Shown here piece by piece: positions 23,211 through 36,131 of a stretch of DNA of 41,352 nucleotides. The DNA comes from Conidiobolus incongruus B7586 (taxonomy: Eukaryota): positions 1 to 41,352 of the forward strand of contig JNEM01011700.1 of NCBI GenBank assembly GCA_000697335.1, in the 5' to 3' direction. Position numbers and translations under genes: made by a program. How positions within the stretch are numbered: the first letter of the stretch is position 1; the number at the start of each line of letters is the position of its first letter. The notes under the pieces were generated by a model that ran no database searches, was not told the origin of the DNA, and saw nothing but the letters and a program-made list of their open reading frames with translations.

Positions 23211-23987
23211 TTAGACTTGAGGATGATTCGCTTGCTGCTTTTGATTTCTTTGATTTTGTTGAAATTTGTAAAAGAAATAAATAAAAGTAAAAGTGGCTAA
23301 GATACCAATATTACCATAAGTTAATACCGGACCTAAAATGATTATTAAATCTAAGCTCACTGTAAAGATTAGGATTACGTTAGCAATGGCTTGAATGATG
23401 AAACCACAGCCCCATACAACACTGACAAACTTCAATTGATGCTTATATTCTGGATTTTCCCATTGTGCTTCGTATTCCTTAAGCTTTTCGGGATCATTAT
23501 TGGTCATCCAAGGTCTGTTGAGGTAATATATGAGGGGCCTTTTAAATGCAAGTGATACTAAATAAGCTAAACCGATGGCACCTGTGATAATAGCACCCTT
23601 AATTTCATTTAACTTGGCATTATTGAAGCCTAAGCTAAGTCCTAACCCAATACAGAATGAAACAATGACGATGAAGGGCAAGGGTTCAAATCTTCGCTTG
23701 ATTAAAATAGTAAACACAGCTGATAGTAATGTTGGAATAGCTGAAATGATGGTAGCTTTCAATTCGCCAAGAGGATTTTTCAACGTAAAATACAAGGTTA
23801 AAGGCAAGGCAATTTCTAAGATAACGTGTTGAAAAACAAATCCAAATGTCTTAATGTTTTTAGCAGTTTTTTCAGAGAAGCGACGTTCCCAAAAATCAGG
23901 ATCATTGGGAGTAGATGAAGATAATGAAGAGTTGGTTAAAGATTTGGTTGAGTCAACTTGATACACTTGATTATCGACTTCTGACAT
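23211..23987 (-). CDS. VC0807-like membrane protein, array copy D (intact; ATG at 23987)
   Basis: Intronless ORF paralogous to B and H (PDFWER.FSE.TAK.IK.FGF.FQH..LEIALPLTLYFTLK). The ORF track's start at 23993 is a TTG. Confidence 0.87.
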   Translation of the reverse strand: MSEVDNQVYQVDSTKSLTNSSLSSSTPNDPDFWERRFSEKTAKNIKTFGFVFQHVILEIALPLTLYFTLKNPLGELKATIISAIPTLLSAVFTILIKRRFEPLPFIVIVSFCIGLGLSLGFNNAKLNEIKGAIITGAIGLAYLVSLAFKRPLIYYLNRPWMTNNDPEKLKEYEAQWENPEYKHQLKFVSVVWGCGFIIQAIANVILIFTVSLDLIIILGPVLTYGNIGILATFTFIYFFYKFQQNQRNQKQQANHPQV

Positions 23988-24664
23988 TCTCAACTCTATA
24001 TTAGTAAATTATTTAATGGTTATTTGATCAAATTTGATATAATACCATACGTTTATATAGTTGACAATATGCAATTTCATGAATTATCTCAGTTATTTCA
24101 TAGCTAATTTGGAAAAAATATTATTTCCTTATATGATTAATCATTCAACTTGATGGAAATCAAAATTTTCAAATGCAATCCCAATCATTTTCCAGTAATA
24201 AATTTCTTAATTTAGAAATACGGTTGTTTCCATATCTGTCAAACATTAATTGGGAGTAGACTTTCAAAAAAATTGTGATATTCCAAAATATATTGTCATA
24301 ATGAATTGCTCATCCTTGTATCATTGTATAAGAGTATTGAAGTGGTTTAATATTTTTTTCTCCTTCCTTTAAAGAAATTTAATAAATTCTAATATTGGAT
24401 AATATATTATCTTATTTCAACAATTAAATAAATTAAAATAATTGAATATTATTATCATAATCTTAATTAATGTCATATATATGAGTATCATCCGAGATAG
24501 TATAATATTTTCTCATATTAAATTAGATAGAATTTTCTGAAACAAAATTCAAATTGATTATACTAAATATTTTGAATATTTGATGAATGACTCACCATTG
24601 GAATTGAAAACTATATAGTAATATAGTAGATTTGATGATTATATTAATGTAAATATATATAATC

Positions 24665-24688
24665 AATAATAATAATAATAATAATAAT
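24665..24688. repeat. (AAT)n microsatellite
   Basis: About 8 tandem AAT units. Confidence 0.8.
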
Positions 24689-25347
24689 ATACAATAGAAT
24701 TTCAATTTTTTTAAATGTTTTATTGATTTATAATTATTATTATTATTAATATTTAATAACAGTATACATCCATTTAGCTAATTGACAAGTACATTTTTAT
24801 TGGTAGTATACTGCGTAAAATAATATTATTTACACTGGCTTTTTCACTTTATGTTACCTCATATGATCATAGACTGTGTCAGAATTTTTCAATTTATTTG
24901 AAAATCGTTGCAGCCACAGAGTATTTTTGTTGACTGAATCTGAGTAAAGTATTCTGGTGAATTAATAATGAATTAGTTGAAATTAATCTAATGATCTTAG
25001 ATAATTTACTAGCAACAATAAATCATGAAACCAGATTTTTATGCATTTAAACTAAAATTTGAATAATAATAAATTTTAAATAATGTTAATTTAATCTTGA
25101 ACTGATAATTGAAACTCTTGAAATCATCCTTGAACTTTCATAGTTTGAATAAATTATATAGATACATTTAATTTAATCAATTTTTATTATTAAATAATTT
25201 TGAATCTATTACTGGTTAATTTGATTAATATATTTCATCAACTTTATTAATAATATTTACAATTACTGAAGCTAATTGGAATTAGTATATATAATCAATT
25301 GTTAGATTTTTATAATTTATAAAGAATTTAACTTTTGAAGCTTGATA

Positions 25348-26653
25348 TTACTTTGTAATTTAAATAATGGGAATTTTTTGGGATTGAAAATAAATAGACA
25401 TTTTAATTTATGATATATAAAAATAAATATATAATATAAATTCAATAGTTTCTTTTATTATTAATAACTTTTTATTATACTTTTAACAAAATCTTAACAC
25501 CTAAAAAAAATTTTTATTAAAGACTAAAATTTAATATTTTATAAATTAATTAAATTTTCCTATAGAAATTTTTTTTCTTATAAGCTAGTTTTTTAATTAC
25601 TTAAAGCAACTATAATTATATAAGTTATAATCTAAAGAAATTACTAGATGTGGTAGTTTTTTCTAGTTGTTTTTAATTAGAAAATTTTTTACAGCTTTAA
25701 ATTTATGTATTTTATAATTATCATGCAAAATAATAAGTTTTCTCAAATTATATTAAAAATTCTAATTAAAAATACTTTTATTTAAAAAATAATATAAAGT
25801 TTATTATTAATTAATTTCCTTTTAAAAATTAAATAAAGGTAGTATATAATATTATAATCTATTATAATAATTAATATTTATTTATTAATATAATATTAAT
25901 TTAAAAAGATTTATGAAAAAATTTAATTTAATTTAATTAAGTATTTTAATTTGTGTTTTAGTAAAAAAATTATATATAAAGATTTAAGATTAATTAATTA
26001 TAATTATTTTTTGTAAGTTTAAGTTTTTAGTAATATTTTAGTAAGTTTTATTTAATAATAACTATTTTAATTTTTTTAAGCTTTAATAAAATTATAAGGT
26101 ACTTATTTTATATTTTTATTTATTACTTTAAGTTTAAACTTTATTATATATAAAATATTTATAAAACTAATATTAAAATATTTAAATAACTTTTTAACTA
26201 AAATAAAAAGATGCTTTTTAATATATTTTTTCATTTTATTAATAATTAAAAAAATAATAGTTAAAGTTAGTTTTTAAATTTAAATAGGTTTTAGATAGTT
26301 TTTTTCTTAACTTTAATATAGTTTACTAAGTAAAAATTAGTTAATTTAAATGATATTTTATTATTAAAAGCTATTTATAAATTTTTAATAATTTTAAAAG
26401 ATTTATAGTTAGGTTTTATTAATATTGAAATAAAAAACTTTTGATGATTATTATTTAGTTTAAACAAGATTAAATTAAATAACTAATTTTAAAAAGTTAA
26501 TTTTTTAATCAAAAGATTATAATATATATATATATATATTTTAAAAATATATAATTTTTTATTTACTTTATATATATTTATTTATTTAAAACTAATAATA
26601 TGTTTGAAAAATCAGAAATTAAAAAATTTCATATTATTTTAAATTTAAGATAA
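25348..26653 (-). mobile_element. Full-length degenerate DD34D mariner transposon, copy 3
   Basis: Minus strand gives LIILHDNYKIHKFKAVKNFLIKNN*KKLPHLVISLDYNLYNYSCF. The terminal 33 bp at 25348-25380 are identical to the end of copy 1, with TA at 25346-47. A degenerate opposite TIR lies at about 26621-26653, followed by TA. Confidence 0.88.
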
Positions 26654-27286
26654 TAATATGAAACTAGATATAAAATTATAAATAATAACTTATATACAAC
26701 AATTATTAAATTTTAATTTTTTAGTGATTAAGATTTATATTCAATAGATTACTAAAATGTATGAGTAATAATAGTAAATGATTAAAAGGATTAAAAAATA
26801 ATGAAGCAGGTTTATAATATATTAATCTTAAGAATGCAAAAAGAAAACCTATGCAATAAATATAATATATTTTAATTCATATTATCATCAATGATATACA
26901 TATAATTGCTGAAAAAACACCTCTTAATTATAAGATACTAAACTTTCCTCGATATATTAATATTCACTATATTTTATATTATTTTGAACATTAGTTTTAG
27001 ATCTCAATTTATGACTGAAATATGTATCCTTGCTACATATGTATTCCCTAAACTGTGATATAACAATTTATATTTATATATTAGTATTATTTGTTTTTTA
27101 ATTATAATAATTAATTAGCCATACATCAATTTGATTCAAATAAAAAATTTTTTTAATTTTATACCATTCATCCCATCACATATTATTTGAAAATTTGTTA
27201 AAATCTAATATATTAATATTTTCATTATTAAATATTTTACTATATAAGCAAATATAAAAATTTAACTTTATTCCAGTATACAATAT

Positions 27287-28053
27287 TTATACTGGATTTA
27301 GGTGTATAACATGAGGGTCAAAAGGTTTCAATTTTTTCGTAACGTATATAATACTCCAGATAAGCATAATACCAATAGATCCAAAGGTTAATACATGTGT
27401 CAAAATTATAAACAAGTGTGATGGCACTGTGAATAGCAAAACAACACTGATGATCGCTTGGATAATGAATACAGAGCCCCATACTATAGATACGTTAATC
27501 ATCGCATTTTTATACACTCTAATCTCCCAATTAGCCTCGAATTCTTCCAGTCTTGCATCTTTGTTTCCTGTGATCCAAGGTCTTGATATATAGTAAATCA
27601 AGGGCTTCTTAAAACCAATACATAGTAAAAGTGCCAGTACAATGGTGGAAAGAATGATTGCACCTTTTATCTCAATTATATGTGGATCGTGAAGTAATTT
27701 ACCAAGTGCAAATCCGAATAAGAGTGAGATAACCATTATTATTGGAAAGGGCTCAAATCTTTTCTTGATGAGGATAGTAAACAATCCTGACAACAAAGAA
27801 ATCACAGCTGGAACAATAATAGCTATTTCTCACCATAAAAATGTTTCAAGGTAAAGTAGAGAACTAGGGGTAAAATTGCTTCGAGAATAATATGCTGAAA
27901 TAAAAACCCAAATTTTCTGATTTCTATCACATGAGGCTTGGAGAAATGATGATCTAGCCAGTTAGGTTTATTTTCATCGTCAGTGAAAGCTTGATGAAGT
28001 GTTAATTTGGGAGTTGGCTTAACTTCTATTGTTTCTTTGTTAGTATCAGACAT
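27287..28053 (-). pseudogene. VC0807-like array copy E, split by a single-base frameshift near 27826 (recent pseudogene or sequencing error)
   Basis: ORFs 27823-28053 and 27287-27805 join into a full-length paralog if one A is added to GAGAAATAGCT, giving GAG AAA ATA GCT ATT. Confidence 0.85.
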
Positions 28054-28879
28054 TATAAAAAATAATTTATATGTTTGATATATTACTGAAGATGCTGTTT
28101 ATATAAGATTTCATATATACTTTACTCCTCAAATCAATTAACATCTCTAATTTCAAACCCTCAATTCAATCAAAATAAAGTGTTTTAGACAGCAGGAAAA
28201 AAATTCATTAACTGATACAAAATGTTGTATTAGTCAGTAAAAAGTAAGGGTGAATCAACTTTAAATCAATTTAATATTTTAGCATTATTCAAATATCAAT
28301 ACTCAAAATAACAGTTTACTTATAAAATACTCATTATCAACACTAATATATACTAATTTTTTTTTGAAAACAATTTAATTGAAAATATGCGTATTTAGTA
28401 TGAATACATTTATTAAACTAAATTGATTACATAAGTTAAAAATACCTTTAACCTGAATTTATGTGAATGTTATTGATGTGAAAAATTATATTCTTTATTT
28501 TGAGGTATACATTGATTAATTATTCAGTTATAATTTCAAATTTGAAAACCGAGTTATTTAGTAAGATGAATGAAATATTACGATTATACTCTAAAATTAT
28601 TAAAAGTGCCCTCATTATAAAATTTGTTTTTTAAAATTAAGTTAGACTTTTTATTTTTTATTGTGATTATCTGAATAATTTGATTATTTAACTCTATTTT
28701 TTTTGATTTGAGAAAATATACCATAGCTGAATGGTTGGTATTCATCAAAATTGATAATAAATTATGATTTTATAGTTTGTTACTTATAATTATTTTATTA
28801 TTGTAATCTATAATATTACATCATTCATTTGATATATTTAATTTTATATTAATTTATAAATTCATAAACGGATAAACTA

Positions 28880-29643
28880 TTAAACTTGATTAATGTGTAT
28901 TTGATAGTAATTAATTGAGTTTAACTTTTTTGAGATATATATATATATATAATGTTTCATACCAGCATTACATAATATATCCACAGTTTAATACATAAGT
29001 TAGAATTTTAAACGGATGTGAGCTGACTGTGAAGAATAAAGCAAAATGATAAGTACGATAATAAATTTAGATCCCCATCCTATAGATACAATAATCATCG
29101 CATGTTTAAACTCTTTGATTTGTCACTTTGCCTCGAATTCTTTATGTTTTATATCATTATTTTGTTTTAACCATGGTTGCGAAATATAATAGGTTAAAAT
29201 TTTTTAAATCAAGTAGACAATACAAAGTTCAGTTCTGTTACACCAAAAATCATAGAATCTTCGTCCCAATTAAATGATAATCATGTAATGTTTTAACTTG
29301 AATGAAATAAGGAATAGGATAATTATTATTATTATTATCAGAAAAGACTCAATTCACTTTCTGATTAAGATGGTAATCAATGCAGACACTAAAAAATAAC
29401 AACTAGGATCATAATAGCTTTCTCTTCACCCTATTTATTCTCTCAGTAAAAGTAGAAGGTCAGAGATTCTACTGATTCAATAATAATATGATGGAATAAA
29501 AAGTCCAATTGTCTGATTGTTTTAACATTCGATTTCGAGGAACAAAGGTCTAACCAATTAGGGTTATTTTTATTATCTATGGGAGTAGAAAAATGAGCTA
29601 GATTTGAAGTTGTCTTTATGGTATTCTTCTGAATATTAGACAA
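28880..29643 (-). pseudogene. VC0807-like array copy F (pseudogene, closest to E)
   Basis: Start decayed to TTG. NPNWLD..SK..V..IR matches copy E, and the C-terminus HINQV* matches HLNPV* of E. Multiple stops and frameshifts, and a TA run at about 28936-28950. Confidence 0.82.
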
Positions 29644-31249
29644 ATTGAAATAAAAAAATTTTGTATTAAGATTAATTATGGTAATGATATTTTTATATGA
29701 GATTCGATCCCTGCTTAACTTTTATGATTAATTAGCATCCTTAACTCTAAATTCACGATACGACCAAAGATGCTAAATTGGTAAAGCAATTAAATCTTGT
29801 TCAACTTGAACAAAGAGGTTTTGCACATTTTCATCCCATTAACAAATAGGAAATATATTTCGAAATTATAAATTACGGCATTATATAATTCTTTAAAAGA
29901 ATACTCTAAAGTGTATATTAAATAATCATAACATTTCATGTTTATTGATATTTTAAAAGGCCTTAAATTAGTTAAATCATTCTATAAATTTAAATCACGA
30001 ATTTGTATCTGTCTGTGCGAAAATTCAATTGAAATCAATTCAATATCCAACTCTTTACTTAGATGAAGGAAATTATTTTTCCTAATCTTACATCTTCTGT
30101 ATATCAATTTGTTGTGATGTTTGCCGAAATTAGCCAAACTTTATAGATGAAACTTAATTATTTTTATATTATTGTTCAATAAAAGTAATTATGAGTATGA
30201 AGACTATGTATCCAAATAACGATTAAAATCAATATAACATTAATATCATTATATATTAGTTGAATCCATTCTAGTATAATAATGCTGATAGTTAACTAAA
30301 TTATTCATCATTTATCAAAGATGAAAGTTGTACTAAAAGAGGCTTTGGATCTGTAATATATTAATTTTGAAATCAATAGCTATAAAATTACAGGCTCAAC
30401 TTTAAGTACTATTTAATTTGTTTAATTTAGAAAAAAATTCAAATAATTTTAATAATTTTAATAGTAATAGTATTATACTGATAAATTATCACTTTCATAT
30501 TTAAAACAAATTATTGGTAAACCCATTGATTATCAAGCAGATTAATATAAAATAATCTTAGTTTTAATGAAAATATAGCATTAATACTGGGATCAAAGCA
30601 ACTTAGTTTGTATCGCCAAATGTTGGTTATATTTCAAAGTATCATTACACTCAGCAAATTCTTCTAAATATTTAAACATTAATGATATAATACATTATCA
30701 TTTTTCCAAAAATTAATGATCAAAAACTCTGTCGAAAACGCCATACGATATAGATGTAGATAATCTACGAAAGATTTTTGCTAATAGTTTTATTAGTTCA
30801 ATGAAAACATATTTAACATAGAATAAAAATTTTTCTATTACAATAATTGATATATATTTATAAACTAAAATTCATCATCAAAATACTACAAAAATATTTA
30901 TTTATTTATTTAGAACAGTTAATCTATTCATATCTGAATAAAAATTCAGCAAAAATGCGAAGTTCAACAAATTTAAAAATCGATACTGTATATAGTGACA
31001 AATATTGTATTTGTTGCCAAAGTTGAATAGAAATATGTGTTATATCATGCTTTTTATTAACTATACATTTAAAAATATTTATTATAAAAATAATACTTTC
31101 TACAAATATATTTGAAGAAACTGAATAATATACTGAATTGTAATTAAGGGTTAATAAATAATTAAATGTTCCTTTTTATAGATTATAATTTATTGAATAT
31201 TTTCATCTTTTTTAGTTAATATTGGAGTTTGTTGAAGCTGAGATCTTTT

Positions 31250-31900
31250 CTTTGAGTCATAAATAGAGGCTCAAAAAGCCAGCAATCCAATAGTTCTGAA
31301 AATTATTTTAGAACCTAATATTACAATTTTTCCAAACGTAGTGTAAATACTAAGATGGCAATAATAGTTGTTCGGATAATCAACCCCAATGATCACACAA
31401 TAGATATATTAACCATTAAATCTCTATAAACTTTAATATTACAACTAGCCACAATTCTACAATCTTTTTCAGATCGTTTCTAGTCGTCCAAGACCTTGAA
31501 ATGTAGAAGAATAACAATCCTTTGGATGGCTTAAATATCAAAAAAAGTTATTACAATGGTTTCTGTAATAGTTGCTCCTTCTAGTTCAGTTAGTTTTACA
31601 TTATTGAGCCCAAAACTTAGTCCAAACCCAATTATCATTAAAATAACAATGACTATAGAAAAGAGTTCAAATTTTTAGCGACCTGTAATTATACTTGATA
31701 ATATTACTGCAATAGAGGCAATAATAATGGTGCATAATTCACCAACGTGACCTTTGGGTGTAAAAAAGATAATCCAATATGATTGGAAAAGAATTCAAAT
31801 ATTTTGCTCTTTTGTGGTTGATTGAGAGAGAAATATGTCATAAATTTAACAATTATTTCTGCTTTCCCCTCCTCCTTTTAGTATTTATCAATTTTTAAAA
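31250..31900 (-). pseudogene. VC0807-like array copy G (pseudogene, approximate bounds)
   Basis: Minus strand reads KGHVGELCTIIIASIAVILSSIITGR*KFELFSIVIVILMIIGFGLSFGLNNVKLTELEGATIT, then ISRSWTTRNDLKK, with stops and deletions. Confidence 0.82.
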
Positions 31901-31942
31901 CATTTTGAATTTAATATTTTTTTTTGATAATTCAATTTATTA

Positions 31943-32314
31943 TGTCAAGGATTGATATGTATACTTTTTTACAAATTTATAATATATTAACACGTTTGGA
32001 GAAAGCCGTGTCCAGATTATATAAACGAGAGAGATCTGAGGAATTTCAGGTAAGTGTTAGGGAGATAAGGATTTATTGGTTTAGTTCAAATAGCTGGAAG
32101 GACTCAGATTGAGCTCGTCTTGTTGAGAATTGCTCTAATTCCGGTTTTTATACAGAGTGAGTTGAATAAAATGATTTAAGAGATTCTCCGATGACTTGAA
32201 TCATCGGCTAATTAAAAGATAGAGCGAAAGCATCTGGAATGCGAGGAGGGAATGACTTTAAAATTAGGATGATGTAAAATACTTGGGTAAAAGGAAGTCA
32301 TCTGACTCGTGACA
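31943..32314 (-). mobile_element. Solo LTR (372 bp)
   Basis: Termini TGTCAAGG...TCGTGACA. On the minus strand TATAAAAACC (about 32151-32142) is followed by AATAAA (about 32077-32072). GC-richer than the flanks. Flanks TTATTA and ATATTA form only an imperfect TSD. Confidence 0.7.
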
Positions 32315-32508
32315 ATATTATAAACATTCATTATTACAGAAAATTAATCAGTTGTTTAATTAATAATCTAAATCACCTAAATATTAACTTGAGTAATGAT
32401 ATTTTTATTTATTCAATTGATTTTAGGTTTATTAGATTTGATATTAAAATTTTCAAATTATTAATTAAACTCAATTATAAATGATTATATACAACCTTAA
32501 CTATGATT

Positions 32509-33306
32509 TTAAACTTGATCTTCAACTTGAGCTTGATTCCTCTCTTCTTTTTTAGCTTTATGCTGTAGCCAAGCACTGTAAATAACAGTCCAAGTGACCA
32601 AAAGAGCGATATTACCATAGGTTAAGACATTACCTAAAATCATAATTAAGTCCAAACTAACTGTAAAGATTAGAATAATGTTAATAATTGCTTGAGTAAT
32701 GAATCCACAACCCCATACAATTGAAATCACTTTCATCGCATGTCGAAACTCTGGAATCTGCCATTGAGCGTCATATTCTTTGATCTTTTCAGGATCATTT
32801 TGAGTCTGCCAAGGCCTTGAAAAGTAATAAATAAGAGGCTTTTCAAATAATAAAGAGATCATATAGGCGACACCAATTGCACCTGTTATGATAGCGCCTT
32901 TAATTTCATTGAGTTTAGCATTGTTGAAACCTAAACTTAGGCCAAGTCCAATAAAGAATGATATAATAATAATGATGGGTAAAGGTTCAAATCTTCGCTT
33001 GATTAATACTGTAAATACTGTTGACAATAGTGTTGGAACGGATGAAATGATAACAGCTTTTAATTCCCCAATAGGACCTTTAAGTGTAAAGTACAATGTT
33101 AAAGGTAGAGCAATTTCTAAAACTATGTGTTGAAAAAGGAACCCGAATAATTTGATCTTTTTGGCAGTTGATTCTGAGAAATGACGTTCCCAGAAATCAG
33201 GCCTCTTGGGATTGGTATCGTGATTGATATTGGAAGATGAGGATGTATTAGTCAAGTTTTCATTTGATCCTACTTGATGATCAATTTGCTTGTTAGTATC
33301 AGACAT
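32509..33306 (-). CDS. VC0807-like membrane protein, array copy H (intact)
   Basis: 265-aa intronless ORF, most similar to copy D. Confidence 0.87.
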   Translation of the reverse strand: MSDTNKQIDHQVGSNENLTNTSSSSNINHDTNPKRPDFWERHFSESTAKKIKLFGFLFQHIVLEIALPLTLYFTLKGPIGELKAVIISSVPTLLSTVFTVLIKRRFEPLPIIIIISFFIGLGLSLGFNNAKLNEIKGAIITGAIGVAYMISLLFEKPLIYYFSRPWQTQNDPEKIKEYDAQWQIPEFRHAMKVISIVWGCGFITQAIINIILIFTVSLDLIMILGNVLTYGNIALLVTWTVIYSAWLQHKAKKEERNQAQVEDQV

Positions 33307-36131
33307 TATTTGAATAATTAGATTTTAGTTTATTTGGTCATTTTTATATGTCATTTGAAGATAAACAAAATACAAGTCACGGGTTTAATATCAACTCTTT
33401 CTAATTTTGTATTTAGGAATTTCTTTGTCCTGAAATTGGTGTTGAATTAAACAAGATTGGACCAATCACAAAAAATTTATAAAATTTAGCATTAGTTCTA
33501 ATTTAGTCAAAATATCATTTTATATTTGCTTTGATTTGATTTGATTCCTTGTCAATATTTAATATTTTTAGTACTGTATTTATGAAAAAAAAGAATTTAT
33601 AGTATAATATGAATAAATTTTTTATAATTTTATAAACTAATAATATTTAAATGTTGACTAACTATGTTTGTAAATTTTTTATACTTTTTCTAAGCATCCA
33701 TATCAACTTTTTGCTATAATTTAAATCACCTATGATCTGCGCAAAGTAGCTTCTAGTCATAATCAAGGAGGCATTATTATGTAACATTACTATACCCCAT
33801 GAAAATAAAGTATTATGAGGATTTAATTTATTAAATCATTGAATTATTTACGTAGACTGTAATGATTATTATTTTTTTTCCATTGATCAAATTTCTAAAT
33901 AGAATATTTTTATATGGTATTAAAATCTTTTACTTGGATTAAATTGGAGTTGGAACCTCGTAACTGCTTATCAAAAGATGATTATATTAAGATGATATCA
34001 TATTTATTTTTTTTGACCAATCAAATATTATGAACATAACCAAAAAATTAATCATAATTAGAAATATAAATCAGTTAATTAATTGAATAAATCAACATTC
34101 TTGTTTTGAAAATTTTAACTTTCTTTGAAATATTCAATTAGGTAATTTTTCAATGTAAATTTCCAATTTTGATATATCTATCAGATATTTTTCCTTATCA
34201 AACATACTAAAATATCAAATTTAAGCTTACCCATATCTAATTTTACTAAATATAAATATAATATTATTTATATAGATATTTTATCAATGATTTTTAATGT
34301 ATACTATACAAATTTTAGGAAAAATAATTTTCGAAAGAATCAAAAAATATTAAGTATAATTTTTTTAAACAATTTAAATGAACGATCTTGATTTGTTATA
34401 CTTAATTGGTAATATAAAATGTTTTTATTTTTATATAATATCTCATTTAGAAATCATAATACTAGGTCTTAATTATTAACTTTTGATTCATGTTTTAGTA
34501 CTCACATTGCAATGTTTACATCATTACATCACAATGGTATGCTTTTATCACCAATTGTTTGTTAGATATTCGCTTGGATTTGACCCTTTTATTTGCTCAA
34601 ACAACCATTACTCTTTTAAATTATTGAGTTTCAAATCTATTTCATTATACTGATTGATTTACTTTGGAAAAATTGACAAATTTTAACTTTTATTAAATCA
34701 TTTAATTGAACACATATTATATCGATATACATCACTTTATATCAAAGTTGAATCATTTTCCAAATTGAAGCAAATATATTATAATAATAATTTTGATCAA
34801 AAATCACGTTCTGCATTATTCCATAGCTTATTTAAAAATTGAATATGATAAATTTTCAACATATGGCAAATATTCGATATATCGATAATTACTAATATCT
34901 TATTTCCAATTTCCTGATTATATTATTTTTATGATTAAATTTAAGTTTTTGATTAAATACTCATAAAATGGTTAATTCAAAGAATCAGTTTATTCAAATT
35001 ACCAGTAAAATTATTTTTGTATGAATAAAATCTAAAGAATTTTATTCATTGAATATAGACTAGACAGACTGATAATATTTTAAAACTTTATATAAAATAT
35101 GTTCACATGAAATTATTTTTATAATGACGATGATTTAAAAAGGTTGTATATTTAATTAAATATTTATTCTAATTTAGGGAAAAAGATAAATATATTATTT
35201 TCAACTTTCCTAAAGTTAAATAATACAACTTCAATATTTGAATACTTATATGTTTTTAAAAAAAATTTTAATATTTCTATTAAAAAATAATTTGTAATTT
35301 TTATCATTAGTAGATCAAAATATCAAATTATCTATTTATTATTGAAAATATAATGTATACAATTTAACTATGTAAAATAAAAAATATATCTTTAATATGC
35401 ATTTATTACAACTATTCAAACATTAGCTATTTTGAAACAAATAACATACAGAATTTAATCATTTAAGAAATGAATTATTTAAGATTTTAGATATGACTAT
35501 AATATTAATGATTTCAAAAGGAATAATGCTATAGCGAATATTAAATATGATTATTCTTGTGGTTTCATGCAAATCAGAAATAATCATTATAATTTCAACA
35601 TTCTTTTGATTCAATTGGTCAATCGATAGTTATCAGAATAAAGTTTTAAACCAGTATAAATTGGTTTAAAATTAGTGTATCATGACATATATTTTATCCA
35701 TATTTATTCACTATATATTTTAACTTATTTTCAATATTATTAAAATTTATTAATTCAATACTATAAAGCATAATACTGATAATTTATATTTATAAATTAC
35801 AATTTATTTTTTAATTTTGTCAATAATAAATTAATATTTAATTCTTTGACTATGCTACTCTTATTTATTACATATTTAATTCATTTTTTTTTAAAAGTCA
35901 ATATATAATTTTGAAAAATATTCTATTAAAATTAATATTTTATGTAAAGAAAATATAATTATATCTTTTTTTATTATTCAAATTATATTATCCATTTAAA
36001 AATTATATAAAATTTATTTGTCATGTCAAAATAATTGATTTATTTAGAATTTATATGGTTTTTTCATCAATATAAATATAATCAAATAATATATATGTAA
36101 AAGAAATGATAAAATATACTGATTTTATTAA

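Noticed and set aside
31924..32112. 62-aa ORF
   Set aside because: Lies almost entirely within the solo LTR and starts at TTG.
15937..33133. ORFs 15937-16122, 16297-16620, 23575-23832 and 32888-33133
   Set aside because: Out-of-frame or antisense shadows of the array genes; their mutual similarity reflects the paralogy.
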